IMG/VR virus record: IMGVR_UViG_3300037483_000151
Span: 1-42,747 of that record
Strand: one strand, 5' to 3'
Source of the DNA: a virus
Taxonomy: Duplodnaviria > Caudoviricetes
DNA length: 42,747 nt
The position numbers and the translations under genes were made by a program. Shown here in pieces: positions 7,068 through 17,309 of the stretch (position 1 is the first letter of the stretch; each line of letters opens with the position of its first letter). The notes under the pieces were generated by a model. That model was not told the origin of the DNA. It made no database searches and was given only the letters and a program-made list of their open reading frames with translations.

Positions 7068-7260
7068 CTAGCTTGCTTGTGTTGGCTTGAATGCTGTTAT
7101 TAATGTCTACCAGGTTAGCTACCACTTCTCTTTGCAGAAACCTTTTGATAGGTCGCACTAGTGCGAAGTGAAAGAATGCAACGATAGATAGAAGGGAACC
7201 GCAGAACACTGCAACTACCTGAATTCCGTCTATCAATTCCTTAAGCGTAATAGCATCCAT
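7018..7260 (-). CDS. Lysis-cassette membrane protein (single TM plus coiled tail)
   Basis: TAATG-coupled start MDAITLKE; TM segment VVAVFCGSLLSIVAFFHFAL; adjacent to endolysin. Confidence 0.65.
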   Translation of the reverse strand: MDAITLKELIDGIQVVAVFCGSLLSIVAFFHFALVRPIKRFLQREVVANLVDINNSIQANTSKLDDHIANGGHYHGDSLQ

Positions 7261-7772
7261 TACGCCACCTGCTGATACCAAAGCATGCAATCGCCTTGAA
7301 GCGTTGCAGTTCCGGCAGCATTAGCAGCGAATTGGAATTGGATGGTTCCGGCTGTTGAGCCTACTTGTAGGTCAACGATTTCGTGATATACGGAGAATGC
7401 GGAAGCAGTAGCGTTAGGGCCACCTGCTGTTTGAGCTGTACCCGTTCCGCGACGAATATACATACCTGTAAGAGCTGCAATGTTCGTCGCAGTATCGAGA
7501 CCCTGCCCCATAATGTTACGGCCCATTGTTGCCCCTGCTGGCGCAGTCCAAGCGAACTTGGCATCTGTAGCCGTAGGTGCGTCATAGGCAATTTCAACAA
7601 TGATGATCCATCGTGAGTTAGCCGTAACCGTGAACAGAAGATCTGTCGCATTAGTAAGAGTCGTGGTCGCGTTAGTCTGCGATCCGGCAGAGTTGGTAAC
7701 GAATTCTAGCTTGCCTGAGTTAAGCAGAGCAGCGGTAACCCGTTGACCAGCACGCCATTCCGGAAATGGCAT
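7260..7772 (-). CDS. Minor tail/fibre protein
   Basis: N-terminal W-x-AGQRVTAALLN motif typical of actinophage tail fibres; beta-rich. Confidence 0.75.
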   Translation of the reverse strand: MPFPEWRAGQRVTAALLNSGKLEFVTNSAGSQTNATTTLTNATDLLFTVTANSRWIIIVEIAYDAPTATDAKFAWTAPAGATMGRNIMGQGLDTATNIAALTGMYIRRGTGTAQTAGGPNATASAFSVYHEIVDLQVGSTAGTIQFQFAANAAGTATLQGDCMLWYQQVA

Positions 7773-7781
7773 CTATTCTCC

Positions 7782-10700
7782 TTATAGGGAAACGATCATC
7801 GGTTGAAGTAGCTTTACTTCTGCCCCGGCAGAATGACTCTTTACTACTCCGTTAACAGATCTGGTAACCGTGAACGTCTGTCCTTCCCATGGAGTAAACG
7901 TGAGGTCATCAGTCCATATCTGAAGTCCGTTAGCAGGAGCACTCCCTAGAGTAGGCCCAAAGGAAGCATAAGCAGCAGATGCGGGCGCTACTCCTGTAAC
8001 CGTGCGTCTTGTCCAAACAGCCGCTGCTACTGCGCCACCTGAACCTGACGATGTACTGAGGTAACCAAACGACGAATCAAGCCAGTCAATAGAGACATTC
8101 ACATCTGAGTAACCCGCGACTGAATAGGCCCAATAGGTAGCTACGTATGTATTTCCTACTGTGACAAATGCAGGTGTTACTGGTCTGTAGAACGCCAAAG
8201 TACCGATGAAGAGAGGATGAACTACAGTCATCAGACCAGAGAATCCGCCGGTATGAGCACGTGTAGAGGATTGGGCGATTGTGCAGCTAGTAGCTGTCCA
8301 TCCTGTACCTGTCAGCTCAAAGTGGCCGTCTGACTCAGCGATGGAAGTAACCGTCATGACTTCCCCACCAACAAGAATGTCAAAGGGGAATTCAGCCGGA
8401 TCAACCACCCAGGGAGCCCCTGACGAAATGGTTACATCCACATCAGTTTCTGTAGTAGTCAGTGCCTCTCTTAGCACAGAACCCTCTGTGTCTGCTCTAC
8501 CTAGGGTGTCATCATCTAGCATGCCGATACGGTATGGAGACTCAGGCATACATGCTGCATTGATTGTATGCACGAATCCTGTAATGACCTCTTGGTAGCC
8601 AATGACCAGTAGAGAGATAAGGTCTGGCGGATACCCGGTAGGAGGATCATCAATTGTAATGCGGTCACCAATGTCAGTAGCGAGCGCAGCAGCATGCATT
8701 GTCGCGCTATCCGTAAACGTAGGATGTCGTAGGTTCAGCGCGATGTTCGGATAGCGGGCCTCATCCACTGTGCCTAGAAGTAGTCGCCATCCCGCTTGGT
8801 CAGCTAGACGGTCATCAGTCTCTATATTGATGCTAAAGGCATCATCAACGCGGCCGACTCCGTTAGGTGGGGGAAGGATCGAGAGTGCCCCAGATTCCAG
8901 CACAGCCCTTGCTGAGGACCCTTCAACACGAGACACCGTGATGTCATTGCGTGTGAATGAGTCATCATCGATCGGATCAAGCGACTCCGCTAGCTCAGAA
9001 TCGCCGTACGTAAGGGCTAGTGTCGCATCCCGATTGTAGAGATTGAGCCTAGTTCTATAGCGCAGACCAAGTCTGTCCCTGGATTCATAGAGCATGCCTA
9101 GATCTGCATCTACACATTCGTCTATAAGGTCAGTGAAGTTCTTAGGTACCTGCGGCCCCATGAATTCGGAATCGCCTGCACTGCCAATCCAGTTGAAGTT
9201 CAGGTCCTTTTCACCTGACAACCGGCTTAGCCTATCTACAGCAGTCTCCCCTACGTAACTCTGCAATTCATCGTACAGATCAAAGATTGACGTGATTTCA
9301 TTGTGTACGGAGATATGTCCGATAGACGCAGTTGTATCAGTGACGTTGCCACCGTTGTTAGTGCCGACTCCTGTAATGCGACCGAACTCTCTACCGGCAA
9401 TGGTCGTGTCATCGAACGATCCCGTAGTCTGTCCTACTTCAAGAGACACCATTGTCATGACAGTGTCTGCGCCTGATTGGTCGAATTGAAGAGAGACCCG
9501 CAACAGCTTTGCATCTACGGCAAAAGCAATAGCGCCCGATGACGTGATTAGCGCATCCTGATCGTCGTATGCACGCAGATCTAGTGAGCCACCAGTTGAG
9601 TAGAATAGGCCGAACTTCTTAATGCCGGTAGAAGTCGTGCCTGTACCCGACGTGTAGACAGAGAAGATGCGTTCCTGGTTATTACCAGTCTCGATATAAA
9701 ATAGAAAACGAACTTGCTGAGAATCGCCCCCTACGTAACTCCCTACCTGTCCGATCCACTGGCTATCAGTAAATGTAGGCAATGGATTAGAACAAACGAA
9801 ATCGTCGAATGCCGCATAAGTAGGTTGCCCGTAGTCAATGACCATAGGCGAACCGCCCTCAAGAGCAGACGCAATTCTTAGAGAGTTCACAGCGTCTTCG
9901 CAAGGCCAGTACCCGACAGGGGCCGTAGTGCTGTCTGAAAGAATGGCTCTGTAAATGACACTGTTAAGAGGACTCTGTCCCTGCCCAAGTCTGCGGAGAA
10001 CTCCGGCCGCCTCAATAGGTACGTAAATGTCCCTACCGGATATGTCCCACTTTTGAGGCCACGACGAAACCTCTCCGTAGAATCTATAATCCCTGTCGTC
10101 AATATCACCAAAGACAGTCCATGTCCTAGGCGAAGTTGTGGTGTCATCAAAAGAGGTATCTCCGGCAACCTGAATTGTAAGATTAGGATTTGCTACTAGC
10201 GTGCCAGCGATCCCGTTATACAATTCAAATCTGTGAACCTTACCGAAAAAGCTGCCAGTGCCAATCCCTACTGTAGATCCGACCTCTACCTCAGCATTGC
10301 CGCTAAAAATAGAGGTAGTCCCAGACGTAAATACAGCGTCGCCTAGTTGTGTCCAAGAGCCATCGATGGTATCCGCAGTGTAGAAAATGACCTCATGGCT
10401 ATCGACCATAGGACCTGCTACAACTTCTAGGGTTACACGTACAGCGTGCCTACCCGAAGTAAATGGAACGGACTCAGTAGATTCTGATATCAAGCGACTC
10501 GCCAGTGTGCCATCTGGTGACCAAAGGATACTCAGCAGCCCGTCATCATCTATGATGAGCGCCCAAGATCTGTTATCGCCTGAGGTAGCATACTTAGCTG
10601 CGAATCCTTGGGACATTTGCCATGCCTGCGGAGTAGCGTCAAAGCGAATGTCAATATCACCGGTGATATCTAGCACGGCAGCATCAGGCGTAGTAATAGC

Positions 10701-10991
10701 ATCGGATGCCACTTGCGCCAAATTCAGATATGACGCACCAAAAGGCACAGAGACCCGAAGGGGCGTATTACGGCCAATAGAACCGTAGTACGCTCCCGTC
10801 GGATTTCTCGGAGTAAAGCGACCATCCCGATTGTCTAGGGTGAGCTGACATTTAGAATGATCAGTCTTGTTACTTTCACTGCTCTTACCGTGACTAATTC
10901 TAACTTGACCACGGTCATAGACATATGTAGAAATGTCTGTCCAAACGGAGTTAAGCTCTAGCTCAACCTTGAGATCAATCGGCGGTGCCAT
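7782..10991 (-). CDS. Large minor tail protein (baseplate hub with LamG-like and CBM-like inserts)
   Basis: WTDIS-x-YV...LDNRDGRFTP-x-NP-x-G-x-YY; YWPCED; C-terminal QTFTVTRSVNGVVKSH; follows tape measure. Confidence 0.85.
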   Translation of the reverse strand: MAPPIDLKVELELNSVWTDISTYVYDRGQVRISHGKSSESNKTDHSKCQLTLDNRDGRFTPRNPTGAYYGSIGRNTPLRVSVPFGASYLNLAQVASDAITTPDAAVLDITGDIDIRFDATPQAWQMSQGFAAKYATSGDNRSWALIIDDDGLLSILWSPDGTLASRLISESTESVPFTSGRHAVRVTLEVVAGPMVDSHEVIFYTADTIDGSWTQLGDAVFTSGTTSIFSGNAEVEVGSTVGIGTGSFFGKVHRFELYNGIAGTLVANPNLTIQVAGDTSFDDTTTSPRTWTVFGDIDDRDYRFYGEVSSWPQKWDISGRDIYVPIEAAGVLRRLGQGQSPLNSVIYRAILSDSTTAPVGYWPCEDAVNSLRIASALEGGSPMVIDYGQPTYAAFDDFVCSNPLPTFTDSQWIGQVGSYVGGDSQQVRFLFYIETGNNQERIFSVYTSGTGTTSTGIKKFGLFYSTGGSLDLRAYDDQDALITSSGAIAFAVDAKLLRVSLQFDQSGADTVMTMVSLEVGQTTGSFDDTTIAGREFGRITGVGTNNGGNVTDTTASIGHISVHNEITSIFDLYDELQSYVGETAVDRLSRLSGEKDLNFNWIGSAGDSEFMGPQVPKNFTDLIDECVDADLGMLYESRDRLGLRYRTRLNLYNRDATLALTYGDSELAESLDPIDDDSFTRNDITVSRVEGSSARAVLESGALSILPPPNGVGRVDDAFSINIETDDRLADQAGWRLLLGTVDEARYPNIALNLRHPTFTDSATMHAAALATDIGDRITIDDPPTGYPPDLISLLVIGYQEVITGFVHTINAACMPESPYRIGMLDDDTLGRADTEGSVLREALTTTETDVDVTISSGAPWVVDPAEFPFDILVGGEVMTVTSIAESDGHFELTGTGWTATSCTIAQSSTRAHTGGFSGLMTVVHPLFIGTLAFYRPVTPAFVTVGNTYVATYWAYSVAGYSDVNVSIDWLDSSFGYLSTSSGSGGAVAAAVWTRRTVTGVAPASAAYASFGPTLGSAPANGLQIWTDDLTFTPWEGQTFTVTRSVNGVVKSHSAGAEVKLLQPMIVSL

Positions 10992-10993
10992 TA

Positions 10994-13981
10994 TTACCTA
11001 CCCAATACCGCTTGGACATTACCGCCCCTAGTCCAGACGGCCTTACGAATAGGATCAATCATGATCTCACCCAGGGTGGTAGTTCCGATGATTAGCTGAA
11101 CTACCATAGGTGCGCCATTATTTCCCCCCTGGGTGGCCATACGCTTGCTGTCTCCAGCGGTCATAACAGATGAACCATAAGGGAGATCTAGCAATTCAGG
11201 GCCTTGCTCCCCTACCCAGGTCATGCCACCAGTGGGCCCACCTGATGCCTTACCCTTACGCTTAGACAGCTTGCTTAGAGCAGCAGCGATCTTATCGGCA
11301 AACTTATCAGCCGTCTTATCCATAGCCTTTTGCAGGCTAGCTTGCTCTTTGAGCCAACCCTTTGACCCTGGGAATTCAACGTCAGAGGCAGTCTTACCGA
11401 TCTGGGACGAATTCCAGTTGATAAGGTCTTGGGTTCTATTGACTTGGGCCATTTGGGACTTACTCATATTCAGGAATTCATTAGCCATCTTGGTACCCTC
11501 ATCAGGACCAAGAGCCACAATCTGACTGAACAGCGTACGTCCTAGACCTCTCTTTTGCAGACGCAATAGAGCAGCACGGAATGTCCTAAGCTTGCTTAGC
11601 ATTCCTGATAGTCCACCACTTACGCCACCACCAGATAGCTGCCCACTACGGCCTCTAGTCATAGAGTCTAGATCAGGCAATCCGGCCGCACTCCGCATAG
11701 AGTCGCCAATTTGCTTAGCGTGCTGATTGTAGGCTTCCAACTTCTTAGCGACCTTTTCACGCTTAGCCGCTAGCTTTTCTAGAGCCGCAATCTGTCGCTT
11801 TGAATATGCGACTAGTGAATCTTCCTGACTTCCGTCAAACTTCTGCTTAACAATACTGATTACAGCATTGAACTTAGATCTGATTGTAGAGATCTTTCCG
11901 TCAATGGAATCAATAAGTTGCTTCAAAGCTTGTGCGGCAGTAGCGCTAAGTCCCCCACCACTCTTGCTATAAGAGGAGGATGCGTTTTCCATAATGCGCT
12001 TTGAATCGCCTGCGGAATGCACAGTAGATCCGGGTGCCAGGCTAACTAGCTCCGGACCTTGTTCCCCTACCCAGGTTAGGTTAGAACGGGGGCCACCTTC
12101 CGCAGCATGACCATATGAGCCAATGATGCCACCATGGGCATTCATACCGCGTGACTGACCAGACGTAGCCTTGTTGAATACCCTGTGAACAACGTCAAGG
12201 AATACCGTCTTATCGTGCAAGCTACCGATGCCAGCATTAACCCGCGCAATAGCCGCTTCTGCTGACTTAGAAATGACAGACACATTAACTGTCTTATTCT
12301 TAATCAAGCCTAGGTCACTTGCCAGTTTCCTGGCATTAGAAGCAGACATGCCCATACTGGTAGCCGCCCTGATGAAAGCACTACGCGCACTGTTCATTCG
12401 TCCCGCAACAGATCCCGCGCTTTCTCCAGCGGCAGTCATCTTGTCTCTAACGGCGAGTGCCGCAGAGGCGATGCCGTTTAGTGCAGTGCGGTTGCTACGG
12501 CCCTTCTCAGTAGTGATGTCAAGCGTTCGCCCGTTCTTCTCTACTGATTCGGAAGCTGCATCAAAAGCCGCTTCAAGGCCAATAAGCGAGCCGCTCATTG
12601 CCAGTTGCTGGTTAGCCAATTCCAGTAGGGCATCAGTGAATACACCTACCTGGGCAGCGGCCCTAGCAGCACTCTCGCTAGCTCCGTCAGTACTAGCCCC
12701 AAAGTCCGCTACTGCTGTACCGGCAAAGTTAGCGCCATCTGCGAAGTCTCCCAGTTTGTCAGCAGACTCCCCAGTGCTCTCACTCAGATGCGGCATAAGT
12801 CCGCCTAGAGTGTCAACCCACTTAATAGTACTAATAAGCGCGTCGCCCATTCCTTGTGCAGCTTCAACCATTCTATTCTTAGTTGAATCCGCTGCTTCAC
12901 CTACTCCACTTAGCCCCATTGCTGCCATGTCGCTTGCGTCCTTAGTCGAATACAAAGCAACAGCTAGAGCCGCAACAGCAATAGTGACACCTACCCAGGG
13001 ATTAATCCCCATAGCAGCAGTAAGCGCCCCTTGTGCAGCCGCAACAATTCCGGCTGCAATTGCCCATGCCTTGAGGCCAATGACAATAGCCGCAATCATG
13101 GGAACAAGGAAGTCAAGCTTTTCCTGTGAGATAGACGCAAACATCTTCGCAAATGCGGAGACTACACCTAGCATCACGGCAGATACTGGCGCAAATGCAA
13201 TAGCGATCTTCAAAGCTGTTTCTGCCAAGTTGCTAAGCAGTTGGATAATTACAGGAACCTTATCCTTGACTCCAGCCATGAATGCATCAAAGCTCGCACT
13301 ACCCTTAAGGCCCTGCCCGAATTCCTTAAACTTAGCTGTGATCTTTTCCATGCCGGTAGCCATGGTTCCGGAGAATGGCAGGAATGCCCGAATGACTCCA
13401 GCGAAACCAGCACCGACATTCTTAAGTGAGTTAAGGAAGCTGGGAAGTGTTACCTTGGCAGATGTGTTCATCTCAGCTAGGAAAGACTTAAAGCCGCCAC
13501 TCTTGACACCATTGAGAATACTAATATTGAAGTCAGTAAATGCCTTAGAAGCCGTTTCCACTAGTGGTGATAGCTGAGGGATTACAGCCCTCATAGCTTG
13601 CATACCACTAATGAAAACGGGCATAGTCTTAGGCGCTAGTGACTCTGACCAGTCATCTAGCTCTGACTTCATTGTTCTAAACTGCACTGCCGCTGCTCTT
13701 ACCGCTGGCGACATAGTATTCAGGTTTGCTTTAAGGTCCCCAATCTTTGCTATCTGGGGAGCAACAGCAAGACCGAATGCACCTACGGCAACACCCATGG
13801 AAGCAAAAGCAGCAACAGAGGCAGCAGCACCCGCAACAATTGGGGCAGTAAGGGCCGGTCCTGCCATTGCAGCAATGCCTATCATGGACTTCATAGACTT
13901 AGCAAAACCTGCATTGACCTTATCGAAACCCGCACTTGTCTCGTCAAAAGACTGTACGTGGATGCTAACTGTATTCGCCAC
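10994..13981 (-). CDS. Tape measure protein
   Basis: 995 aa, Ala-rich helical; two GGP..WVGEQGPEL motifs; follows tail assembly chaperone. Confidence 0.92.
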   Translation of the reverse strand: MANTVSIHVQSFDETSAGFDKVNAGFAKSMKSMIGIAAMAGPALTAPIVAGAAASVAAFASMGVAVGAFGLAVAPQIAKIGDLKANLNTMSPAVRAAAVQFRTMKSELDDWSESLAPKTMPVFISGMQAMRAVIPQLSPLVETASKAFTDFNISILNGVKSGGFKSFLAEMNTSAKVTLPSFLNSLKNVGAGFAGVIRAFLPFSGTMATGMEKITAKFKEFGQGLKGSASFDAFMAGVKDKVPVIIQLLSNLAETALKIAIAFAPVSAVMLGVVSAFAKMFASISQEKLDFLVPMIAAIVIGLKAWAIAAGIVAAAQGALTAAMGINPWVGVTIAVAALAVALYSTKDASDMAAMGLSGVGEAADSTKNRMVEAAQGMGDALISTIKWVDTLGGLMPHLSESTGESADKLGDFADGANFAGTAVADFGASTDGASESAARAAAQVGVFTDALLELANQQLAMSGSLIGLEAAFDAASESVEKNGRTLDITTEKGRSNRTALNGIASAALAVRDKMTAAGESAGSVAGRMNSARSAFIRAATSMGMSASNARKLASDLGLIKNKTVNVSVISKSAEAAIARVNAGIGSLHDKTVFLDVVHRVFNKATSGQSRGMNAHGGIIGSYGHAAEGGPRSNLTWVGEQGPELVSLAPGSTVHSAGDSKRIMENASSSYSKSGGGLSATAAQALKQLIDSIDGKISTIRSKFNAVISIVKQKFDGSQEDSLVAYSKRQIAALEKLAAKREKVAKKLEAYNQHAKQIGDSMRSAAGLPDLDSMTRGRSGQLSGGGVSGGLSGMLSKLRTFRAALLRLQKRGLGRTLFSQIVALGPDEGTKMANEFLNMSKSQMAQVNRTQDLINWNSSQIGKTASDVEFPGSKGWLKEQASLQKAMDKTADKFADKIAAALSKLSKRKGKASGGPTGGMTWVGEQGPELLDLPYGSSVMTAGDSKRMATQGGNNGAPMVVQLIIGTTTLGEIMIDPIRKAVWTRGGNVQAVLGR

Positions 13982-14195
13982 TGTCCTCCCCCCTATCAGG
14001 TGTTCCCAGTTTCAGCACATGTAGATAGCGGAGCAGTTCTACATCTTCCGCTTTAATCTCACTGGGTAGTTTATGAAACCGATCACAGAGGCCGATTATC
14101 AATTCGGCCTCTGTGAGTTCCCACGGTTTGGTTACGACACTTCCATCGGAATATTCAGATCCGGGGAAGTCTCGCCAGAGTCCGAGTCTTTTCCC
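13965..14195 (-). CDS. Tail assembly chaperone, -1 frameshift extension (GT-like)
   Basis: -1 frame open from the slippery GGGAAAA to a stop overlapping the TMP start; LCDRFHKLPSE motif. Confidence 0.75.
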   Translation of the reverse strand, partial: GKRLGLWRDFPGSEYSDGSVVTKPWELTEAELIIGLCDRFHKLPSEIKAEDVELLRYLHVLKLGTPDRGEDSGEYS

Positions 14196-14542
14196 AGATT
14201 CGCGTCTACCCCTGCAAGAACGGTAGTCCACACTTCGATAAGACGGAGTACGAAAGGAAGATCCTGAGAAACAATACCCTCAAGAGTTGCGGGTACCTCT
14301 TCCCAAGACCCATCATCCTTTTCACTTTCTAGATTCCACTTAATCAATGCATCCGCAAAGTATTGGAGCATTTGTCTAGTGGCTTTAGCAGCATCATCTT
14401 TAGCACTTGACTTAGACTCTGCGTTAGCTTCCCACAACATAAGCATCTGTCCTGTAGACAGACCTCTAGTGGTAACCTCCAATCCCTCAAATTCAGGGAA
14501 CGTCAGGTTAAAGATGGTGCCTTGTCTGCGATAGCCGGGCAT
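14132..14542 (-). CDS. Tail assembly chaperone (G-like), start MPGYRRQG
   Basis: AAGGA SD; between tail tube and TMP genes; WNL motif. Confidence 0.8.
   Translation of the reverse strand: MPGYRRQGTIFNLTFPEFEGLEVTTRGLSTGQMLMLWEANAESKSSAKDDAAKATRQMLQYFADALIKWNLESEKDDGSWEEVPATLEGIVSQDLPFVLRLIEVWTTVLAGVDANLGKDSDSGETSPDLNIPMEVS
14189..14195 (-). promoter_or_regulatory. Programmed -1 ribosomal frameshift site G GGA AAA
   Basis: X XXY YYZ heptamer in phase (LGK) in the TAC; same heptamer is used in mycobacteriophage TAC genes. Confidence 0.8.
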
Positions 14543-14555
14543 ACGCTTTATATCC

Positions 14556-14975
14556 TTACGTCCAGGTAGGAACGGTGCCATCTGAAAGGACACCAGGGGC
14601 AGACCAAGTAAGTGAGCCGTCGGTACCACGCGATAGCGAGTAGTCCGTGTAGAGCACTTCGGGGGCAAGGGAGTTCGCGCCCACAGTGCCCGTAACGGTG
14701 ATGGTAGTTGTACGCGCTACTGACGTGCTAGGCACTGTCTCAAAGACTGCGTGAGACAGGTTAGCAGAGTCGTTGAAAACACCGTTAAGCGTGATAGAGA
14801 AGTCGGCCAGAAGTAGCAGACGCTCAATTGCAGACTTGTCTACACCGGTCACGTCCTGAACACCGCGCGGTGTACTGAACTGCCAGTTAGTAATGTCATT
14901 GCGGATATCTTGTGCAGCCGCTGCGCTGTTATCTACAGACAGAGCCGTCTGTGCCATTCCAGTAGTCTTTGCCAT
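14556..14975 (-). CDS. Major tail (tube) protein-like
   Basis: TPRGVQDVTG-x-DKSAIERLLLLADFS; ends DGTVPTW; precedes TAC. Confidence 0.75.
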   Translation of the reverse strand: MAKTTGMAQTALSVDNSAAAAQDIRNDITNWQFSTPRGVQDVTGVDKSAIERLLLLADFSITLNGVFNDSANLSHAVFETVPSTSVARTTTITVTGTVGANSLAPEVLYTDYSLSRGTDGSLTWSAPGVLSDGTVPTWT

Positions 14976-14978
14976 GGC

Positions 14979-15431
14979 TTAACCCCTTTCGAGAACTGTT
15001 TTGACTTTATCCTGATGTCCTTGGAAATCCTCTACCCAGAACTCAGGCTTAGTGTGGATCACAGGTTGGATACCTCGGGGATTACCCCTGTAGTCGCCAC
15101 CCTGCACTTTGAAGATTGGAGGTAGCTCATTGCGGTAAGTGTGCTGAGCAAAGCACTTCTGACCAGAAGTGAATAGGAACTCAGTAAGTCCCGCTGGAGT
15201 CCTGGACTCTTTGAAGCTACGTCCAGACATCTTGCGAATGTAATGCGCTTGCTTCTGACCTAGGCCGGTAGCCTCATCGATAAGCGATGACCAGCCATTC
15301 GCCATAGCCTTACAATCGACGTCTTCACATGTAGCGGGACCGAAGTGCGTTCTACTAGGCGCCACGATTCGGTAAGACACGTAGTCTTGTGGCTGCATAT
15401 TCGGAGTGATACGAAACGGCTGCTGATTCAC
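14979..15431 (-). CDS. Tail-module protein of unknown function
   Basis: 150 aa, C-x4-C...CF-x2-H; position in tail operon. Confidence 0.7.
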   Translation of the reverse strand: MNQQPFRITPNMQPQDYVSYRIVAPSRTHFGPATCEDVDCKAMANGWSSLIDEATGLGQKQAHYIRKMSGRSFKESRTPAGLTEFLFTSGQKCFAQHTYRNELPPIFKVQGGDYRGNPRGIQPVIHTKPEFWVEDFQGHQDKVKTVLERG

Positions 15432-16168
15432 TAGAATGCCACAGCGCTAATGTTCTTGACAAAGACAACTGAGAACGTTACTTCCGTAAAGGTGCCCGTA
15501 GTGACAGCTCTGACATACCGGCGCACAGTACTACCGGCCGCACCTGCAATTCGCTGGGTGCCTACAGCAGTAGCCGCAGCGAATGCGGATGATGTAAAGA
15601 CAGCATAGGTAACGTCATCTGCGGAGTCCTCAAGCGTCACAGTCGCATTCGTAGCGCCCGAGATACTGATCACCTGTAGGTAAGCTTGCCATCCGAAAGA
15701 AGTGGCCGCTGTGAAGTCAACGCCGTCCCCCTCTGTGTCAGCGGAGTCAGAACGCTTACCAGCCGTTAGCTGCCTTCCCCATTCCAGGCCAAAGCCGTTA
15801 GCGAGTGCCTGTACCTGAAAAGTGATCATCGCATCAGTGCCACGAGTCGGGTCATAGTTGATCTGCTTAGAGATCAGACAAGCGGCCCGATTACCCAGGG
15901 TAGTACCGCGCGCATAGCACAATTGAGCATCCGCAGTAGGCAATGCACTCAGCACCTCATGCGCACGGTCATTCGAGTCATTCATATACGAGACGAATGA
16001 AATCTCTCCGTCTTTGAGTCCGCCTAGACGCGCAAATGCTGACTGAGTAATATCGGTCATGTCAAGCGCAGCAGGACCCCCACCAATCCGAGACAGCGAA
16101 TTGATATCGCCGGACACATCAAAGCCACCGATATAAAAGTTATCGCCTAGGCCACCTGACTTACTCAC
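15431..16168 (-). CDS. Tail tube-like structural protein
   Basis: N-terminal half resembles tail tube proteins; beta-rich C-terminal half. Confidence 0.65.
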   Translation of the reverse strand: MSKSGGLGDNFYIGGFDVSGDINSLSRIGGGPAALDMTDITQSAFARLGGLKDGEISFVSYMNDSNDRAHEVLSALPTADAQLCYARGTTLGNRAACLISKQINYDPTRGTDAMITFQVQALANGFGLEWGRQLTAGKRSDSADTEGDGVDFTAATSFGWQAYLQVISISGATNATVTLEDSADDVTYAVFTSSAFAAATAVGTQRIAGAAGSTVRRYVRAVTTGTFTEVTFSVVFVKNISAVAF

Positions 16169-16406
16169 GTGTCACCTCCCATTCCTCTTGAAGAATCTCC
16201 ATTGTGTAGTCAGCGACAGCGTCATCTGATACACCGTTGCATTCTTTCGGTTTCTTGAATTCTCTACTTGACGCAGATGCATCTAGGTATTCCTGACGCA
16301 TTGCTTTCTTACAAGGCGATTCGCCCGGAAGACTGCAACCACTGAGTAGCGCAATAGCAATAGGAAGTGTCGTAAGCATTGCTAGGTTCACGGGGATTGC
16401 GTCCAA
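16161..16406 (-). CDS. Small lipoprotein inside the tail operon (real start probably about 16391-16379)
   Basis: LPIAIALLSGC lipobox; two further Cys. Confidence 0.6.
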   Translation of the reverse strand: MDAIPVNLAMLTTLPIAIALLSGCSLPGESPCKKAMRQEYLDASASSREFKKPKECNGVSDDAVADYTMEILQEEWEVTRE

Positions 16407-16840
16407 GCGTCATTAACGATAAGAGGGATAGTGATGGTCATTACGCGAAACGGCTTGTTGTCCTGGGTGATGTAACCGGCCTGAGCTTCAAGCTGAAAGC
16501 CAGACTCACCTAGTAGATCAATATTGGCAATCTCCCCACCCAGGGAGAAATCGCCTGAGTACTGAGTCATCAATGTGTCTACCGCTATTACCACTTTCGG
16601 ATCAATAGCATCCTGTGGGAATTGCGTCATGCTTGTGTATATCCGCGCATTGAACAGAAGCAATGCAGATGTTGCGTTTAGCCCTGATCTTTCGGCATAG
16701 GGCAGGACGCGATCAATCCAGATTGCGCACAGAAGGTCATTACGTGGTGCGCTCTTAGGCTCATGCGTGTTCACCTGAGTGAACAACCCAGTAGCAGCGG
16801 CATTACTGACCAATGCATCGATGATTCCCTGGGTGTCCAT
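16388..16840 (-). CDS. Tail terminator-like protein
   Basis: HEPKSAP motif; position in the head-tail module. Confidence 0.7.
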   Translation of the reverse strand: MDTQGIIDALVSNAAATGLFTQVNTHEPKSAPRNDLLCAIWIDRVLPYAERSGLNATSALLLFNARIYTSMTQFPQDAIDPKVVIAVDTLMTQYSGDFSLGGEIANIDLLGESGFQLEAQAGYITQDNKPFRVMTITIPLIVNDAWTQSP

Positions 16841-17223
16841 TAGCGCATCCTAGGTAGGTATCGCCTAAGAACACGCTCAGCAATTCTAGAAGCCTTACGA
16901 TCAAGCTTCTGATTCACCTTGCGCATTGAGTGATAACCCTTGAAGCGAGTAGTGCGGTTACGCGACCCAGTTCCTTCTAGCCATGGCCCATAAATAACGT
17001 CATTGTCGTGAACCGTGTTGGAGTTACCGGCCCTATTGATCTGAATCTGCGACGTGTAGTAACCCGTCGGATTCTTCATAGACCTATTGAGCTGAGCAAT
17101 CCACATGCTCTGGCCCTCTTTGGCAATCTCTAGCGAGGCTTCTCTAGTGAAGTCCCTAGCAGCTTTCTTTGCCAGGCCATTAAACAGAGGGCCAGTCTTA
17201 GACACTCTTGTGAGAATAAGCAC
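16840..17223 (-). CDS. HK97 gp10-like neck protein
   Basis: TGYY...YGPWLEGTGSRN...FKGY; basic. Confidence 0.7.
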   Translation of the reverse strand: MLILTRVSKTGPLFNGLAKKAARDFTREASLEIAKEGQSMWIAQLNRSMKNPTGYYTSQIQINRAGNSNTVHDNDVIYGPWLEGTGSRNRTTRFKGYHSMRKVNQKLDRKASRIAERVLRRYLPRMR

Positions 17224-17309
17224 TAGATCATCCTTACAAGCGTGAGCACAGAAGCAATCACGAAACTAATAGTGATAATCCGTACCGGCATTTCCCATAG
17301 CATCCGCAT
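17223..17309 (-). CDS. 28-aa hydrophobic micro-ORF
   Basis: MRMLWEMPVRIITISFVIASVLTLVRMI; overlaps both neighbours by 1 nt. Confidence 0.45.
   Translation of the reverse strand: MRMLWEMPVRIITISFVIASVLTLVRMI

Noticed and set aside
12228-13577. 449-aa + strand ORF and other long antisense ORFs over structural genes
   Set aside because: Antisense shadows of Ala/Ser-rich genes; no motifs or convincing SD
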